From positions 25,048,001 to 25,112,000 of the forward strand of contig NC_135822.1 of the NCBI RefSeq assembly GCF_964213995.1: 64,000 bases of DNA. Reading direction: 5' to 3'. The notes under the pieces are model-generated. The model was not told where the DNA came from. It made no database searches and saw only the letters and a program-made list of their open reading frames with translations. Source of the DNA: Mustelus asterias (taxonomy: Eukaryota). Of this stretch, positions 50,224 through 63,600 are shown piece by piece (within the stretch, counting starts at the first letter, position 1; each line of letters begins with the position of its first letter). A program made the translations under genes and the position numbers.

Positions 50224-51759
50224 TGGAACCAAAGAATTTGGGTGATATAAAAACTAAATGGGGGCATTTGGAGCTGAATGGTTCGTGACAAGTCCTCAGG
50301 AGGCAGACGGTGACACTGTTCTTTTGTGGTGGGGGGCGGGGAAAAGGAGGGGTGCAGCAGAAATCAAAGGTTTCCACGTGGGACCTGGAGAGCTCGAATC
50401 CTTACAAGAGAGGGAAAGAAACTCAATTTGCTGTCCCTAGAATCTGCTTTCTTGACCTGGTGCTGCAACTTCCGCCTCCCGCTCCGACTATGGATTAAAT
50501 ACCCGTAGCATATGTCATGTTCCATTGTTTCTAATTTCCTTTTCAGAAGAAAGTTTTTTTTGTATTTATCCTATCAAATCATTTTAACATTTTAAAGACC
50601 TTGTCAGGTCACCCTCAATAGCCTGTGCGCAAGGGATCATAAAACCAAATTTATGTTTAGGCTTCAAGGCGGTGTGTTCTTGCTACCTGCAATTTAAAAT
50701 TGTAGTCAACCAAATCAGCGTAGGAGAACTCCCTGCTCAATTTTAACTACCCCCTCACTAGGCTGGGAGTTTAAAATTATCCTTCTGGAATGTAACACTC
50801 CTTGCATTGTATAAACATTCCAGCCAACACAATGGATTAGCAGGTGAGGCGTATGCGCACACCAGTTACGGACAAAGGCAGTGGTGACTCACCTCCAACA
50901 TCGCAATAATGGTTGGACAGTTACCTGCTTAAAACACAATAGGTTTTAACAAGGGACCTCGTTAGCTGAATAGTTCAAATCAAAATCACCCTGGCACATG
51001 ACCAAGACTTGAGCTGTCTGGATTCCTTTCATTATACAGCTTTTGAACTTTAGCTTCAGTTGCAGTTTAACCTCTAAGCAGAACTGGATACCAGGCTAGC
51101 CTCCTGCCTTTTGACCTGCATCTCACAACATATGGAGTAAACTAATTTCCATGATATACTTGCTGCATCTTCAACCCACTCAACCTGCAACCAAGTTCCT
51201 AGAATCCAAGACCAGGAATTCTGCCACAACCACTGAATGACTCTTCATTACTGAGATCACGTGAAATTATAATTTTTACTTTTATTGTAGTCATTGCCCT
51301 GAACTCTTTCTTTCCCTCGTCCCTTTTTTATTACATGAATGCAAAGATGAATATTGCGAAACCCGTTCCTACGATGTGTCTAAACCAGCCCCCTTGTCTC
51401 GAGTTTGCTGCGGGGTTAATAGAAGAGTGGATCACTCCAAAACTGAAGGGTTAGGGAAAACACACTTCCACTTACAAAGGGGAAAATTAAAAATATCTTG
51501 GTTTGTGGGTGGATGGAGAGAGGAGAAAGCAGAGCTGTTCAAAATTGATGCCCATCTGTTCCTAACAGTTGTATGAATTTCCACCCATTGCTGAATTGTA
51601 CTGCCCCACTGTCAAGAGTGTGTGCCACTTAATATTCGTTCCTTGTCGTGTACCACTACAAAATATTAACTGGTCATTCGAGTGTAAACAGAAGTAACAT
51701 GAAGCAGCAGCATCATGGCCAATTACAGCTAGAGTAAGCAACGTAGCTAGTTACACCTA

Positions 51760-52165
51760 GAGTATTGGGGGCAATTATGGGCACCACAGTTTAGAAAGGA
51801 TGTCAAGGTCTTCCAGAAAGTCCAGAGATTTATTAAAATGGTACAAAAAGGTACTGGAGAAACTGGGGTTGCCTTCCTTAGAGCAAATATGATTAAGGGA
51901 AAACGTAAATAAGTATCCAAAATCATGAAGGAAACCAATACAGCAAGAACACCATTTCCAATGGCAAAAGGGTTGGTAAGAACGATACAAGTAATTGGCC
52001 AAAGGGACAAGAGGAAAGATGAGGAATGCAGGTACATGGTGTGGTGGAGCATCTTAAATAACTGTCAAAGGGAATTTGATAAATACTTGAGGGAGAACCG
52101 TTTGCAGGACTATGGAGAAAGAACATGAGTGGAAATAATTGGATAGCTCTTTCAAAGAGTAGGAA
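51760..52165 (+). mobile_element. Decayed CR1 fragment
   Basis: ctagagtattgggggcaattatgggcaccacagtttagaaaggatgtcaagg. Confidence 0.65.
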
Positions 52166-53419
52166 AGATATATTCAGCAATCTGTGTATCTTGCATTTTG
52201 TTTTCCCTTTCTCCACTCCCCCAAGCCTATGGTTACAAATTCGAAGAACCACATTTTTTTTAACTGTACAGTATTCTAAGGTTTTTGATGTTACATATCA
52301 ATTTAAAGTTATGCATCTTCACAACTGACATCTCAATTTCCCAACGTCTGGGTATACCTCATGCTACAGACCCTCCTCGAACTATATACTTATGACATAC
52401 GTTTTAAGAGCTGGCAGAAATTTGGATTAGAAACAGAAACCCAACATAATGTTTTAGATTACAAAGCCAATCACGCGTTATTTGATACCACATGATGTGT
52501 TTTTGAAAGCACTAGTCTCATTTCCAATTAGGATGTATACTGTGTGACTCAGTGAAATAGTCGAAAAAAAACAGTACAACAATAAATCATACGGCCCAGA
52601 ATGATCAAACTTCAATTCCTGGTCTATGTCAAATAGGTTATGGGGTGGCAATAGCATGGTTTACTTGGGACAAGGAGAAAAAATATCAGCCGTCCTGAAT
52701 GTTTCCCAGAAATCCTAGCTGCCAGATGCTCCGACATTTACAATTTTGTGAAAGCTGTCAAACTACACCACAGCACGGAGAGCAAATAAGAGGGGGAAAA
52801 GAGATTTCTGATGCCAGTTTTCACTAAACTGTGCAAATAAATTGCTGTGTTCCCCTTTTTCTTTCATGCGACATCCACCCCTCCACTCACCAAAATAGAA
52901 TGGCATGCTTGTAATACAAGTTGAATGCTGAAGTTACTGATCTCTTACATGAGCAGTGAAGTTCTGTAATTTAAATGTATATACAAGCAAAATACAGCAA
53001 ATGATTACACACACAAGCCATATCAAAGTTTATTCTTCATGTATTGTGTAATAGAAGGCATCAAGTCCAATTCTCAAAGCTGACATGAGTCAGCAGTTTT
53101 TAAATTTGGTTAGACTGGATTTTGCTACAATTGGTTTTAGGGCTCCTGGGAGGAGGTAAAAAAAAAATCTGCATGATTTGCTGGAAAACAAAAAGGTGTG
53201 TGGATGTTAGCAACAGAATTGTACTCGATAAGGATTATTTTCAGAGTTAAATGGATGATTGGGAACAGAGGCAGAAGAGATTTGAATATCAAAGTAACAG
53301 TAAAAAAACTGCTAAAGCACACTTTAAAAAAAATCAAATCTGCACAATATACACAGAGAAACTCAACGAAACCACATGCAATAGAAGCAACTGGTTAAAG
53401 AACAGTATGTATAAAGGAG

Positions 53420-54755
53420 GTTTCCTCTTGTGGGAGAATCTAGAACTAGGGGCTCACCTGTTTAAAAATAAATTTTATCTCCCATTCAAGAGTCGAGGAA
53501 TGTTTTCTCGGAGGGTCATGAGTCTTTAGAACGCTTCCTCAAAATGCAATGGAAGCAGAATATTTTCAAAGCTAGAGATTCTTGACAAGCAAGGGAGTGA
53601 AAAGTTATCAGAGGTAAGTGAGAATGTGGAGTTGAGGTTACAATCAGATCAGCCATAACCCTATTGAATGGTGAAGCAGGCTTGAGGGGCCGAGTGACAC
53701 ACGCCTAATTCACATGCACGTTTGTGTTATGACCCCATATGAATCACACAGCCAAACTGATGCATCTTAAATATAAGTAATGGCACAATAATGCAAATGT
53801 TACTCATTAGTTTCAAACAAATCACAGATCTTTTACATACTTCTTTGAAGTTTCTTTATACAAAGCTTCACTACAACACATCAGATCAGCAAAACAAACC
53901 AACAACCTCAGATAGCACGGTATCGCATTCATCATCTGTGTAGCATTGATTGATGGTAATGATTCCACCAGATAGAGAAAAAATTCAGTGTACTTTTGGA
54001 CAACTATGAAGTACCCAAAATTCTTCCCCACTCGGGGCCTTAAATGCGGCAACACATTCTAGGATGCATGAATTTGCTTGCATGAGTCACTAGTTTGACT
54101 TCAAATACTGCATCCAGTTCTGGGCTCTCCACTTTAGGATGGATGTGAAAGTATTAGAGATAGTGCAGAAACGATTCATGAGAACAGTTCCAAATATGAG
54201 GAACTTTATTATGAAGGCAGATTGGAGAAGTTAAGGTTTTCCTTGGAGAAAATGAGGTCCAGGAGATTTGTTAGAGTTATTAGAGATTTGTTAGAGGTGT
54301 TAGAGTCCAAAGATGTACGGGTTAGTTTGATTGGCCGTGCTAAAATTGTCCTTTAGTGTCCTGAGATGCGTAGGTTAGAGGGATTAGCGGGTAAATGTGT
54401 AGGGATATGGGGGTATGGCCCGGGTGGGATTGTAGTCGGTGCAGACTCGATGGGCCAAATGGCCTCTTTCTGCACTGTAGGGTTTCTATGTATTCAAAAT
54501 CACGAGGGTTTGGACAAAATAGATTGGGAAACTGTTCCCACTCAAAGGATCAAGAACAAGAGGGCACAAGTTTAAAGTAATTAGTAAAAATAAAACATTT
54601 TTATGCAGTGAGTGGTTAGGGTGGAGGCAGGTTCAATATACTTATCTGAAAAGGAAGGATGTGCAGTGTTACAAGAACCATGCTAGGTGAATTGCTCATT
54701 CGGAAAGCCAGTGCAGACATGATGCACGAAATGGCCTCCTGCACTGTAACAGTTC
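53420..54755 (+). mobile_element. CR1 3' fragments (53420-53710, 54100-54755) with a nested HE1 3' half (54305-54490)
   Basis: gagaatctagaactagggg...; tactgcatccagttctgggctctccactttagg...; HE1 tail ggcctctttctgcactgtagggtttctatg. Confidence 0.75.
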
Positions 54756-54847
54756 TGTGCTTTGAAATTTTAAAGTAAGTAAAACCATAAACAACTCAGC
54801 ATTGTCAGCTGCGGTTCAGCTGGAAACACTCAACTCTTTATCAGAAG

Positions 54848-55138
54848 CAGCACAGTGGTTAGCATTGCTGCCTCACTGCGCCAGGGACCCAGGTTCAATT
54901 CCCAGCTTGGGTCACTGTCTGTGCGGAATTAGCATGCTCTTCCCGTCTGCGTGGGTTTCCTCTGGGCGCTTGGTTACCTCCCACAGTCCAAAAGACATGC
55001 TGGTTAGGTGCATTGGCCGTGCTAATCTCTCCCTCAGTGTACCTAAACAGGCACCGGAGGGTGGTGACTAGGGGATTGTCACAGTAACTTTATTGCAGTA
55101 TTAACGTAAGCCTACTTGTGACACTAATAATAAACTTT
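54848..55138 (+). mobile_element. HE1-like SINE (alternative-tail subfamily)
   Basis: HE1 head plus cacagtaactttattgcagt...ctaataataaacttt tail. Confidence 0.88.
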
Positions 55139-55284
55139 AAAAGATTCTGGGTTCAAGTTTCACTCCAGGTTTTGTGCACAAAAGCTAGCACTGTCCAAGG
55201 TGCCTTCTTCTGGGCAAAAGGACAGAAGCCATCTGCCCTTCAAGTGGGGTTAAAGAGATCCCATGGCACTATTTTGAAGTAAGA

Positions 55285-55475
55285 AATCTCACAACACCAG
55301 ATTAAAGTCCAACAGGTTTATTTGGTAGCACTGTTCCTTCATCAGGTAATTTAGCTGATGAAGGAGCAGCGCTCCGAAAGCTAGTGCTACCAAATAAACC
55401 TGTTGGACTTTAACCTGCTGTTGAGACTTCTTACTATATTTACCCCAGTGCAATGCCGTCATCTCCACGTCATGA
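55285..55475. mobile_element. Penelope-like inverted terminal-repeat remnant containing a hammerhead ribozyme core
   Basis: Long inverted repeat (tctcacaacaccagattaaagtccaacaggtttatttggtagcact / agtgctaccaaataaacctgttggactttaacctgctgttgaga) around CTGATGA-A-GGAGC-AGC-GCTCC-GAAA-GCTA (55355-55383). Confidence 0.75.
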
Positions 55476-58400
55476 CTATTTTGAAGAGCAGGGGAAATAT
55501 CCCTGGTCAACTTTTATCCCCGCATTCAACATCAGAAAAACAGATTTCTTTTAAAAATCACATTACTGTTTGTGGAAGTTTGCTGCACACACTATCTGCT
55601 GTGTTTCCTACAACACAGTGACTACACTTCAGAAGTATTGGCTGTTATGGGTTTTGAGATGTCCAACAATTGTGAAATTCTCTTTTATTTTTAGAGTTAT
55701 CGTCCATCAAAACAATCTGATGGAATTCCCAATGAAGTTACCACTATCAAGTCTTTAAGCACGACATATTCACATGAACAAACACTCCAAAGTATAGATG
55801 GTTTCAAAAACTGTACATGTTTTGAAGAGGATCCCAAGAGTCCACAGGATAATCTTATAGGAATTCTGCTTTTAGGTTCATTTCTATCTTGCCTTTTCGA
55901 CCAAGAGAACCGTCCAAAGTTTTTTTGTAAAATTCATTCGGGGATGTGGGTGGCATTGACTTGGCCAGCAATCATCGCCCATCACCAAATGCCCTTGAAT
56001 TGAGCAGTTAGGCCATTTCAGCAGATATTTAAGAGTAGGTGCAGAGTTCAGTTAAAAGCAATACTACTCACATATACAAACAAATACACACCCATTTTTG
56101 AAAGTACTTTGGCACTTGGTTCAAGTGGAAAATGCAAGACGAAGTAAAAATGGTTCCGAAAGCTGGGCAGCTGTTGAGCTATTATAATTAGCCTTAGCAG
56201 CCGTGTGTCATGGAAAAAAAATAGCCTAAGTAACTGTTTGCGAACCAACTACCTATAAGAAATTTAATGCATATGGATTGTCAAGATCAAATTCAAACAA
56301 ATGCACTCCAGGCCTGAATAGCATTGACAGTCAAAAAAATGGCGAGATTCACAAGAATTGGAAGAGTGTCAGCACTTCATCAGCACTGTAGCAAGTCACT
56401 GCTTTAAGGAAAGAAACAAATAGTACAATATCCCAGAGAAGCAGTATAATTTCCTAACATGTTCATTTTCACAAATGAGTAACAGTAGTTTCATACTCCA
56501 TATGCCCTCAGAATAAGTGGTAAAAATCAAAGTAATAATTTCCACCCTAGCATACGAATAAAACAGACCTAGGAAGGATGAAAAGAAATCCATTTAATCA
56601 GGGAATCAGCCCTACTATATTTACAGCCTTCCTATTGAATAAACCTATAACAAAATCCTGTAGAAGCTGGCTGAAAACTAAGCAGAATACCAGAGAAATG
56701 CACAAATATGCAAAATGATTGATAGGAAGAAACCCAGTTAGAATCTGTGCAGTGCTACATATTGTTTCTGATCGGTTAAGTGCTTTTACGACGGCAGCAC
56801 ACAAGATTTCCACAACATTTTTAGCACTGTTGTGAAATGAACCTAAAAGTAGCATGTTTCTTTAAAATCATTCTCAACCTATAATCCATCAAGCCAAGTT
56901 GTCCTGCCGCCAAGACAATGGGACAGTTGACTGCACCCAGTCTTGCTTCAATGTCTCTTGCACCTGGTTCCAAGTATCAAGCATGTTTTTCAAATTGGAC
57001 TCTCCTCAACCCCCTTGAATCATAAACTAAGTTTGAATACATTTCTCTCCATTTGGGATTCTGAGAGTCAGTCTTACCACTCCTTGTTTCTGCTCTCAAC
57101 TGGCATTTTCAAGAATGACATTTGGCTGAGAACCATAAGTTATTCAATCAGCATAATGCTACTTAGGACAAAATATATATTTATCTTTGAAATTATTCCC
57201 ATTTCTGAAGAATGATAAATATTGTTTCACTTTGTAATAGGTTCCTGTGGCAATGATTTTAATAATCACATGCAACCTTGAAGAAAAGGGCATGATCTCA
57301 GGAGCCCTGGACAGTGGTTCAAGGTAATGTGACAACTTCTGGGTGTCACAATTATCAAGTGAATCTCAGAATAAGGTATGAATAATTTTCAGTAGGATAA
57401 TCGAAGATTTTGCACATACCATATGCATTGAGCTTTGTATAGTAACTAAGTGTTTATGTATTAAATATAACTGTAGTGAAGTGCAAACTGAAAGCCAGTG
57501 ATGACTAAGTACGCAGTTTCCACAACACAAGTTGCTGGGAAACACTTACTGGATCAATGGCATTACCTAGTGTCCATCCGAGTGCACTATGAGGCTAAGC
57601 TGCAGTTATATGTACGAATGGAGTAATCGCAAGCCTACAATCCAAGAGATTATACATATACACTTTTCTTTGAATGATTCTATAACCTACTTGCTTTGGT
57701 GGCTTGTGAAAGATACTCCAGCAGAATATTCTGCCAGAACAGTGTACAAAGTAAAATACATAAACAAAGGGTGGATAAGGTACAACAGAATTGTTGTCTA
57801 AACAAGTGCAAAATTGCATGATGTATGCTTCATAGGTTTTACAAGCTATCACTGCAGACAGAAATACTTCAAAATGCAAAGAGCTAGCCACAGAACAGGA
57901 AATTCCACAATGTCACTCTCAATTTTGCATTGCCATTTAGTTCAGTGAAAGGCCTTATAAGGCAAACAGTTTAAGAAAATAGGCTTAACAAAAACAATTA
58001 CTGCCTTAGCTCTCAAAATATGCACCATGGCAAATGAAAACATTTCCCTCTTCTCACCTCCAAACAGCTCAACTATGGATAATGCTGAGAAGCAAAAACA
58101 GTTTAAAAGGGATCATATCAACCCTGTTTCTCGGCAGTGTTCTTCATGTTTTCTGAAAATACGCATGATTATTTTTATGGCCATGGAGTACGATGTTGAG
58201 CAATAATTGGATCACAATCCTCCATTTATAACAGTTCAAGAATAATTCATTATCCATTAAGCTGAAAAATTAGAAATTCTAAGAATAGGGATTTTATATG
58301 CAAGACTTCCGCACTAATCAGGATGCAGAATTACCCTAGTTACCAGTGCAGTCTTTATGCAATCAGTGAATAAACATACTGGGTGGATACCAAGAAACAA

Positions 58401-60096
58401 AGAACAACCTCGAGAACATAGCCATATCACGAGTGTGTTGCTTTCATAACTCATAACGTAATTACAGGCATTTAAAAAGCCAAGCTAAAGAGTCATCCAC
58501 TTTTTTCACGTCTTCGCAATCGTTCTGCACCATGGGTGTTGGCCCTAGGTTTCACAACCTCAAAAACGGAGCTTAATCCCCTCCTGTTATAAACCATTAA
58601 TAGATGAACAGTAAATCTTGTTAAAGATTACCTATTTGATCAAGGGTTAACTTTTTTTTGAGATTTGTTGATAATTTTCAGCATACCATAGTACATTTTA
58701 TACTCGATACAAAATTCTAAAAAATGGGTCTGTTGAAATACTAGTCTTTCTGCAATTACCAAAATTTGGTTATTGCATCACATTCACCACTTTCGACGGA
58801 TATATCAACTGGATTAAACCATAATTTGCAGTTTCAGTCAACACTTAAGAAAAATATGGCCCCCGTCCAAGCACAGAGCTGCTCACCAGAAACACCGAGC
58901 CATACGATTTTTACATAAATTTCTGGAACCCTTTGTGTATTAAAGACTTAAATTTACAACAAGAGCGTGAGAAACATGTGATCCACCAGGCTAAGTGGGT
59001 ACTTTTGACTGCAGATGTTATGTTTGAATGGTGAAGTAGATACTTTAATGCAAGATTTAATAAAAATATTATATTTCTCGCCTTTCTGAAACACTTACTG
59101 TGTGGTGGCATCACTAACCAAACTGTTGCTCTTTCCCCAGAGAATTCTTTCCTTCACTCCAATCTGTTATAAATTTTAACATATCCTACTATTTTTAAGC
59201 GAACTTGTATCAGTTGATCTGTATAGGTTGCACGTAAAGCCAGTTTTATTTAACGCTATTATTACACGAAATAGCATCTTCCAAGAGAAACCAGATTTTA
59301 AAGATCGGATGGGCTATTAATTGCTTGTTATTCCACTATTTTAAGCCACAAGGTAGTCTACATCTCTGGTATTCCAGCAGTGTATGTGCGCAGCACTCCC
59401 TGTTTGGGCAGATTGCTGCTTGCCACAAAATGGCGGACTCTCCAGAACTTTCCATCACCTTAAAATGGCGCCCGAGTGGAAAAGGAGAGGGGGAGGGGAG
59501 CAGAGACAGGGACAAAGAGGACTGAGAATGGTGGAGTGACGATATTCCTGCAAGAAAACCCCATTCTGAACGAACACAACAGCCGCTTTCTGACAAGAAA
59601 AAGTTATTGGCAACAAGTTTTTTGAAAGTTGTATTTCCTCATATCGGTCATTTCGGCGTTCAAGCCATCTAAAATCTTCCCATATCGTTCATAATATCCA
59701 AAATTTAGTATTAGTCGAAGGAGGCACTTATAGACAAGTTAGACAGAGCTATTCTTTAAATAAAGAGTGGAAATCCCTGGAATTGCGCTTTCTCAGATTC
59801 CTTTCTATTCATCGTGCTCCTGCACCGACAGCAGCTTTTCGAGAACTTTCCTCCCAGTCACTGTAGTAAGCTAAATACCAACTCTGCGCGATTGCGCAGA
59901 AAACACTCCCGGGCCACTTTCTGCGCACGCGCGGTTTCTCCTCCCAGCTGCTGCCGCGGACCTTTGTGCAACACACAGCGTGCCGCATTTTCCGCGCATG
60001 CGTAGATCGCACGATGCGCCCGGGGAGTGGGAAAAAAAGGCTCATCGGGTGTCACGCAGGCGCAGTTTGGTATTCTTCCTTTCGGCTGTGGAGCCA

Positions 60097-60192
60097 GGGG
60101 TGGGGGAGGGGGAGGGGGTGGGGGAGGGGGTGGGGGAGGGGGTGGGGGAGGGGGTGGGGGAGGGGGAGGGGTGGGGGAGGGGGAGGGGGGGG
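60097..60192 (+). repeat. (GGGGGA/GGGGGT)n G-tract array, G-quadruplex-forming candidate
   Basis: About 16 runs of G4-G8 separated by single A/T. Confidence 0.9.
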
Positions 60193-60527
60193 AAGAGGCG
60201 AGGATTCCTCCGCGCGTGCGTGCTGCGGCGGCGAGCCCAGGCGACCCGGGGTTTCGTGGCGCTTGCGCGCCCGCGGCGACGGATCCCGCGCGTGCGCAGT
60301 GCAGTTCAATTTCGGGTCTGGGGACGAACTGTTAGCGTCTCGAGGAAAAAAAAACCGCGTCAGGTCGGGCGGCGCGAGAGAGAGAGAGCGAGAGAGTGTG
60401 CGTTAGCCTAATGGTGGGATTTTACCTCAAGGATTAACCCGGGCCGACAAGGAGCCACCGCCGTCACCGCAAAATAAAAACCGGACTTTCACTCACACCG
60501 AAAAGGGAGCCCTATGACTCGCTAAGG

Positions 60528-60610
60528 ATGGTACGAGAAACCAGGCACCTCTGGGTGGGGAATTTGCCGGAAAATGTGCGCGAAGACAAGATTATCGAGC
60601 ATTTTAAACG
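60528..60610 (+). CDS. SPEN: SPEN (SHARP/MINT) coding exon 1 (MVRETRHLWVGNLPENVREDKIIEHFKR); gene continues beyond the window
   Basis: Near-identical to the recalled SPEN N-terminus (RRM RNP2-like LWVGNL); 83 nt, CG|gtaagt donor; downstream of FBLIM1 as in mammals. Too short for the ORF track. Confidence 0.96.
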
Positions 60611-63600
60611 GTAAGTTTTGGACCGCGCCGTGTGTGTGTGTGTGGTAAACACTCTCTCGGTGAGCGTATTATTGTGTGGGCCCGGCCTCGAGGCCCTTCA
60701 GGGTAAACTGAAACCGGAGAAAGTGCTGGCTTCTTTGCTGCAGCTGTGTGTGTGAGATCGCATACATACACACACACACAAGCTGCTGGTTGAGTTCACA
60801 TCCCTCACTCCGTAAAAGGGGTCACTAGCTGCCTTACAGTATTCCTATTGTTATGTGGCATTGCTACCATCTCGGGTCGATCTGCTCAAACGTCCTTTCT
60901 CATGCCACCCGACAGTTTTCCAATCGCTCAGGAAGATCGTTGACTTTATTTTAAAAAAAGGAAATGAAACATATTATTTCCAATTTTTGTTCTTGCCCGT
61001 GACTTAGCTAAATTTGATTGTGGGAATCCTCTCCGTGTTTTTAAACCTATTGTATTTTACATTCTTCCCCCCCCCCTCCTCCCAAAAAAACGTAAAGTTC
61101 ACAACTGTTTCGTGCTAATGTTGTAAATATTGGTGGCTGCAGCCCCAGGAGAGAGAAAGATGTGAAGATCTGACTGTTTTAAGACACATGGGAGCTGTAA
61201 TGGAGGACAGGGGCTGTCTGTGGGAAACAGAGCTGGGGGAGGGGAACACAACACATTCACTGATAGCAAAGGTCCAAACTGGCGCTCCTCTGCGATCAGA
61301 CACTGCTTGGCCTTGTACAGCAGAGAAAAAAAAAGACAGGCACAAGAAATACTTAAAATTAGCAAGGCAATTTATGCAACGTATCATTTAAACCAATTAA
61401 TGGAAGGAAACAACTTGATCTATCATAGCTTTACAATATTTCAGTTTCTCGGAGAGATTCTGATTTTTTCAGGTATTGCTGCTGAATTTTGCACAAGTAT
61501 ATTTATATCCCAGACAGGAAGCAGCGATCCGAGGTGCAATTAAAAGCATCGTGTAGTCAACGGGCGATATTTGAAAAAAAATGTAACCAGTTGAGTGTAT
61601 AAAGCATAAATTAAACGGTGAAAGGAAGTTACTGAGTTTGCAAAATGTCTATCATGGAAGGTGAAAGGGTTTTTTAAAAAAACGAGGTATTGATGCAAAA
61701 AGGAAATGATAAAATAGGGATACTGAGCGTAGCGTGTGGTGCTCAGCGTGAGTAAAATGGCGGACTCGTTCTCAGCATCAAGCCTCACGTTTGGCATTTG
61801 AAGCATGCACTTGTACCTACCCGTCAAAGGATGTGTAACAAAACCTGATTTACCATTTCTCGTAATTCTCAAAGCTTAAAAGAGCATTGTGTCCTCCAGA
61901 TTCTTGTGATTGCAAAATACTACTCGATATGGTATTTTGAAATATAAATATTTTATATTTTACGTTTCATCTTGCATTTTTAAATATAAGGGCATGGCAG
62001 AACTGACGGAAGATTTATCGTAATTCTTGAAGCCCGATCTTTGAGACACCTTTAAATACTGGGGAGAACTCATGAATTATTCCTTAGGGCAAGCACAAGC
62101 AGATCTTTGAATTCCCAGACGTGTTAGAATTTGACTTTGATTTCTTTCACAATATTAAATATATCTGGTTTTGAACGTTATATGTTATTTAAAAATCAAA
62201 GGAAGAGACCAGAAGACCTAATAAACACAATTGACTTCATCGAGGGATTACAGTAAAGTTTCTGTCTCGTGTCTAAAATTATGCCACCATGTTAAAAATC
62301 CTTACATTTTGGATATTTTAAGCTGTAAAGAATTTAATAAAGCATTGTAAAAGGAACAAATGTATTTGTAGCACCCCTTCAAAACTTTTGCAACTGATTT
62401 AAAATTGCATATCAGGCGTATCGTTGATAAGAGATTCAATATTTGAAAGTCATACTATTTTGTCCAATTTAATACAAGTGGTAATGTGGAGATTGAGTAT
62501 ATTTTGGGCACTCTTCCATGTTTAGATAAAGGCTTTTAGTGAAAGTCTCCTATCTTTTAGGTTTGAGTGCTGGAGTTGCCTAGTTACTGTTGCTTGGTGA
62601 TTTGTAAAAATAAAAGCTTTTAAGTTGTCAGTGTCTGAAGTAAGATCTCGTTTATATTTGGTGAAAGTCCTGTATAAATCATGCATTTATGCCAATGCTG
62701 TGCTTATTCAGACTATGCCTGTTCAGAAGAAAAACTTCTGCGTTGTGATCCACTTGCAAGCATCCTTTTCTGATGATCAATATGCACCCTTTATGACAAT
62801 ATTTTCTAAATTGCTTCTATTTGTATTGCCGAGTAATTTACATGGTATCAATATGCTAATATTTAAACACATGTATGATAAATTTAACATTACTTTGATA
62901 AATTTATCCAATTTACAAAAAAACAAGAGCATGTCTGGAAATACTGTAAGATTATTTTTTGTAATTCAGCCAGAAATTAATGGAAACATTTAGTTACGAC
63001 TCTGAGGAAGGAAAATATGTTTGCACCATTAGCATTTTCTGAAACTGGGTTGTGACTATTTAGAAAAACCTGCATTATTAAAACATTTTAAACTATTATA
63101 ATTGCCACGGTGGTTTACAAGAATTATCGAGAGTAATTTGTGGTTGGCAGAATCTAGTGTCTATTGCTATATTTAATCATAGAAGAGGACTGTATTTCTG
63201 TTATACCAGTTTGAAATGCAAATAAGCCAGTTCCCACCCCTCCCCCACCAGAGAATGAGAGAGAAACGCAAAGGGGAGGGTGCATTAGGTTTCAGATAGA
63301 AATGGTCTGGAACATTGTTTTAAAAGTTCAAATAAATTTAATAGATTGTGAAACAAACATCGTGGCTAATTCATCTGGCGCGACAATATTCAGTGTATTT
63401 ATGTTTTTCATTGTGTTTTATTTTGTAACATTGAGGGAGGATTGAGAGGAAGTCATTGGCATACCTTGAACCCGGTCGATGCCTTATTCTTTTGTTGTGT
63501 GCACTTTATACATTGTCCAGAATTAGGACATTGTAACTAGATGTTTCAGAAGCAAGTCGGTTTCCTTCTGTAAGGAAAAAGGAAGAAGTATGACATAGAC

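Larger units (their letters stand above)
59800..60720 (+). promoter_or_regulatory. SPEN: CpG island promoter / 5' UTR of SPEN
   Basis: Abrupt CpG enrichment, NRF1-like gcgcatgcg (~59994) and gcgcgtgcgca (~60288), G-rich tract, directly upstream of the SPEN ATG. Confidence 0.88.

Noticed and set aside
57498-57560. C-box-like GTGATGA (possible C/D snoRNA)
   Set aside because: No suitably placed CTGA D box or terminal stem; not in a host-gene intron.
47600-59400. Expected UQCRHL-like gene between FBLIM1 and SPEN, as in human
   Set aside because: No matching ORF seen; consistent with the human gene being a later retrocopy.
59966-60411. Gly/Arg/Trp- or Pro/His-repeat ORFs
   Set aside because: Artefacts of the G-tract and CpG island of the SPEN promoter.
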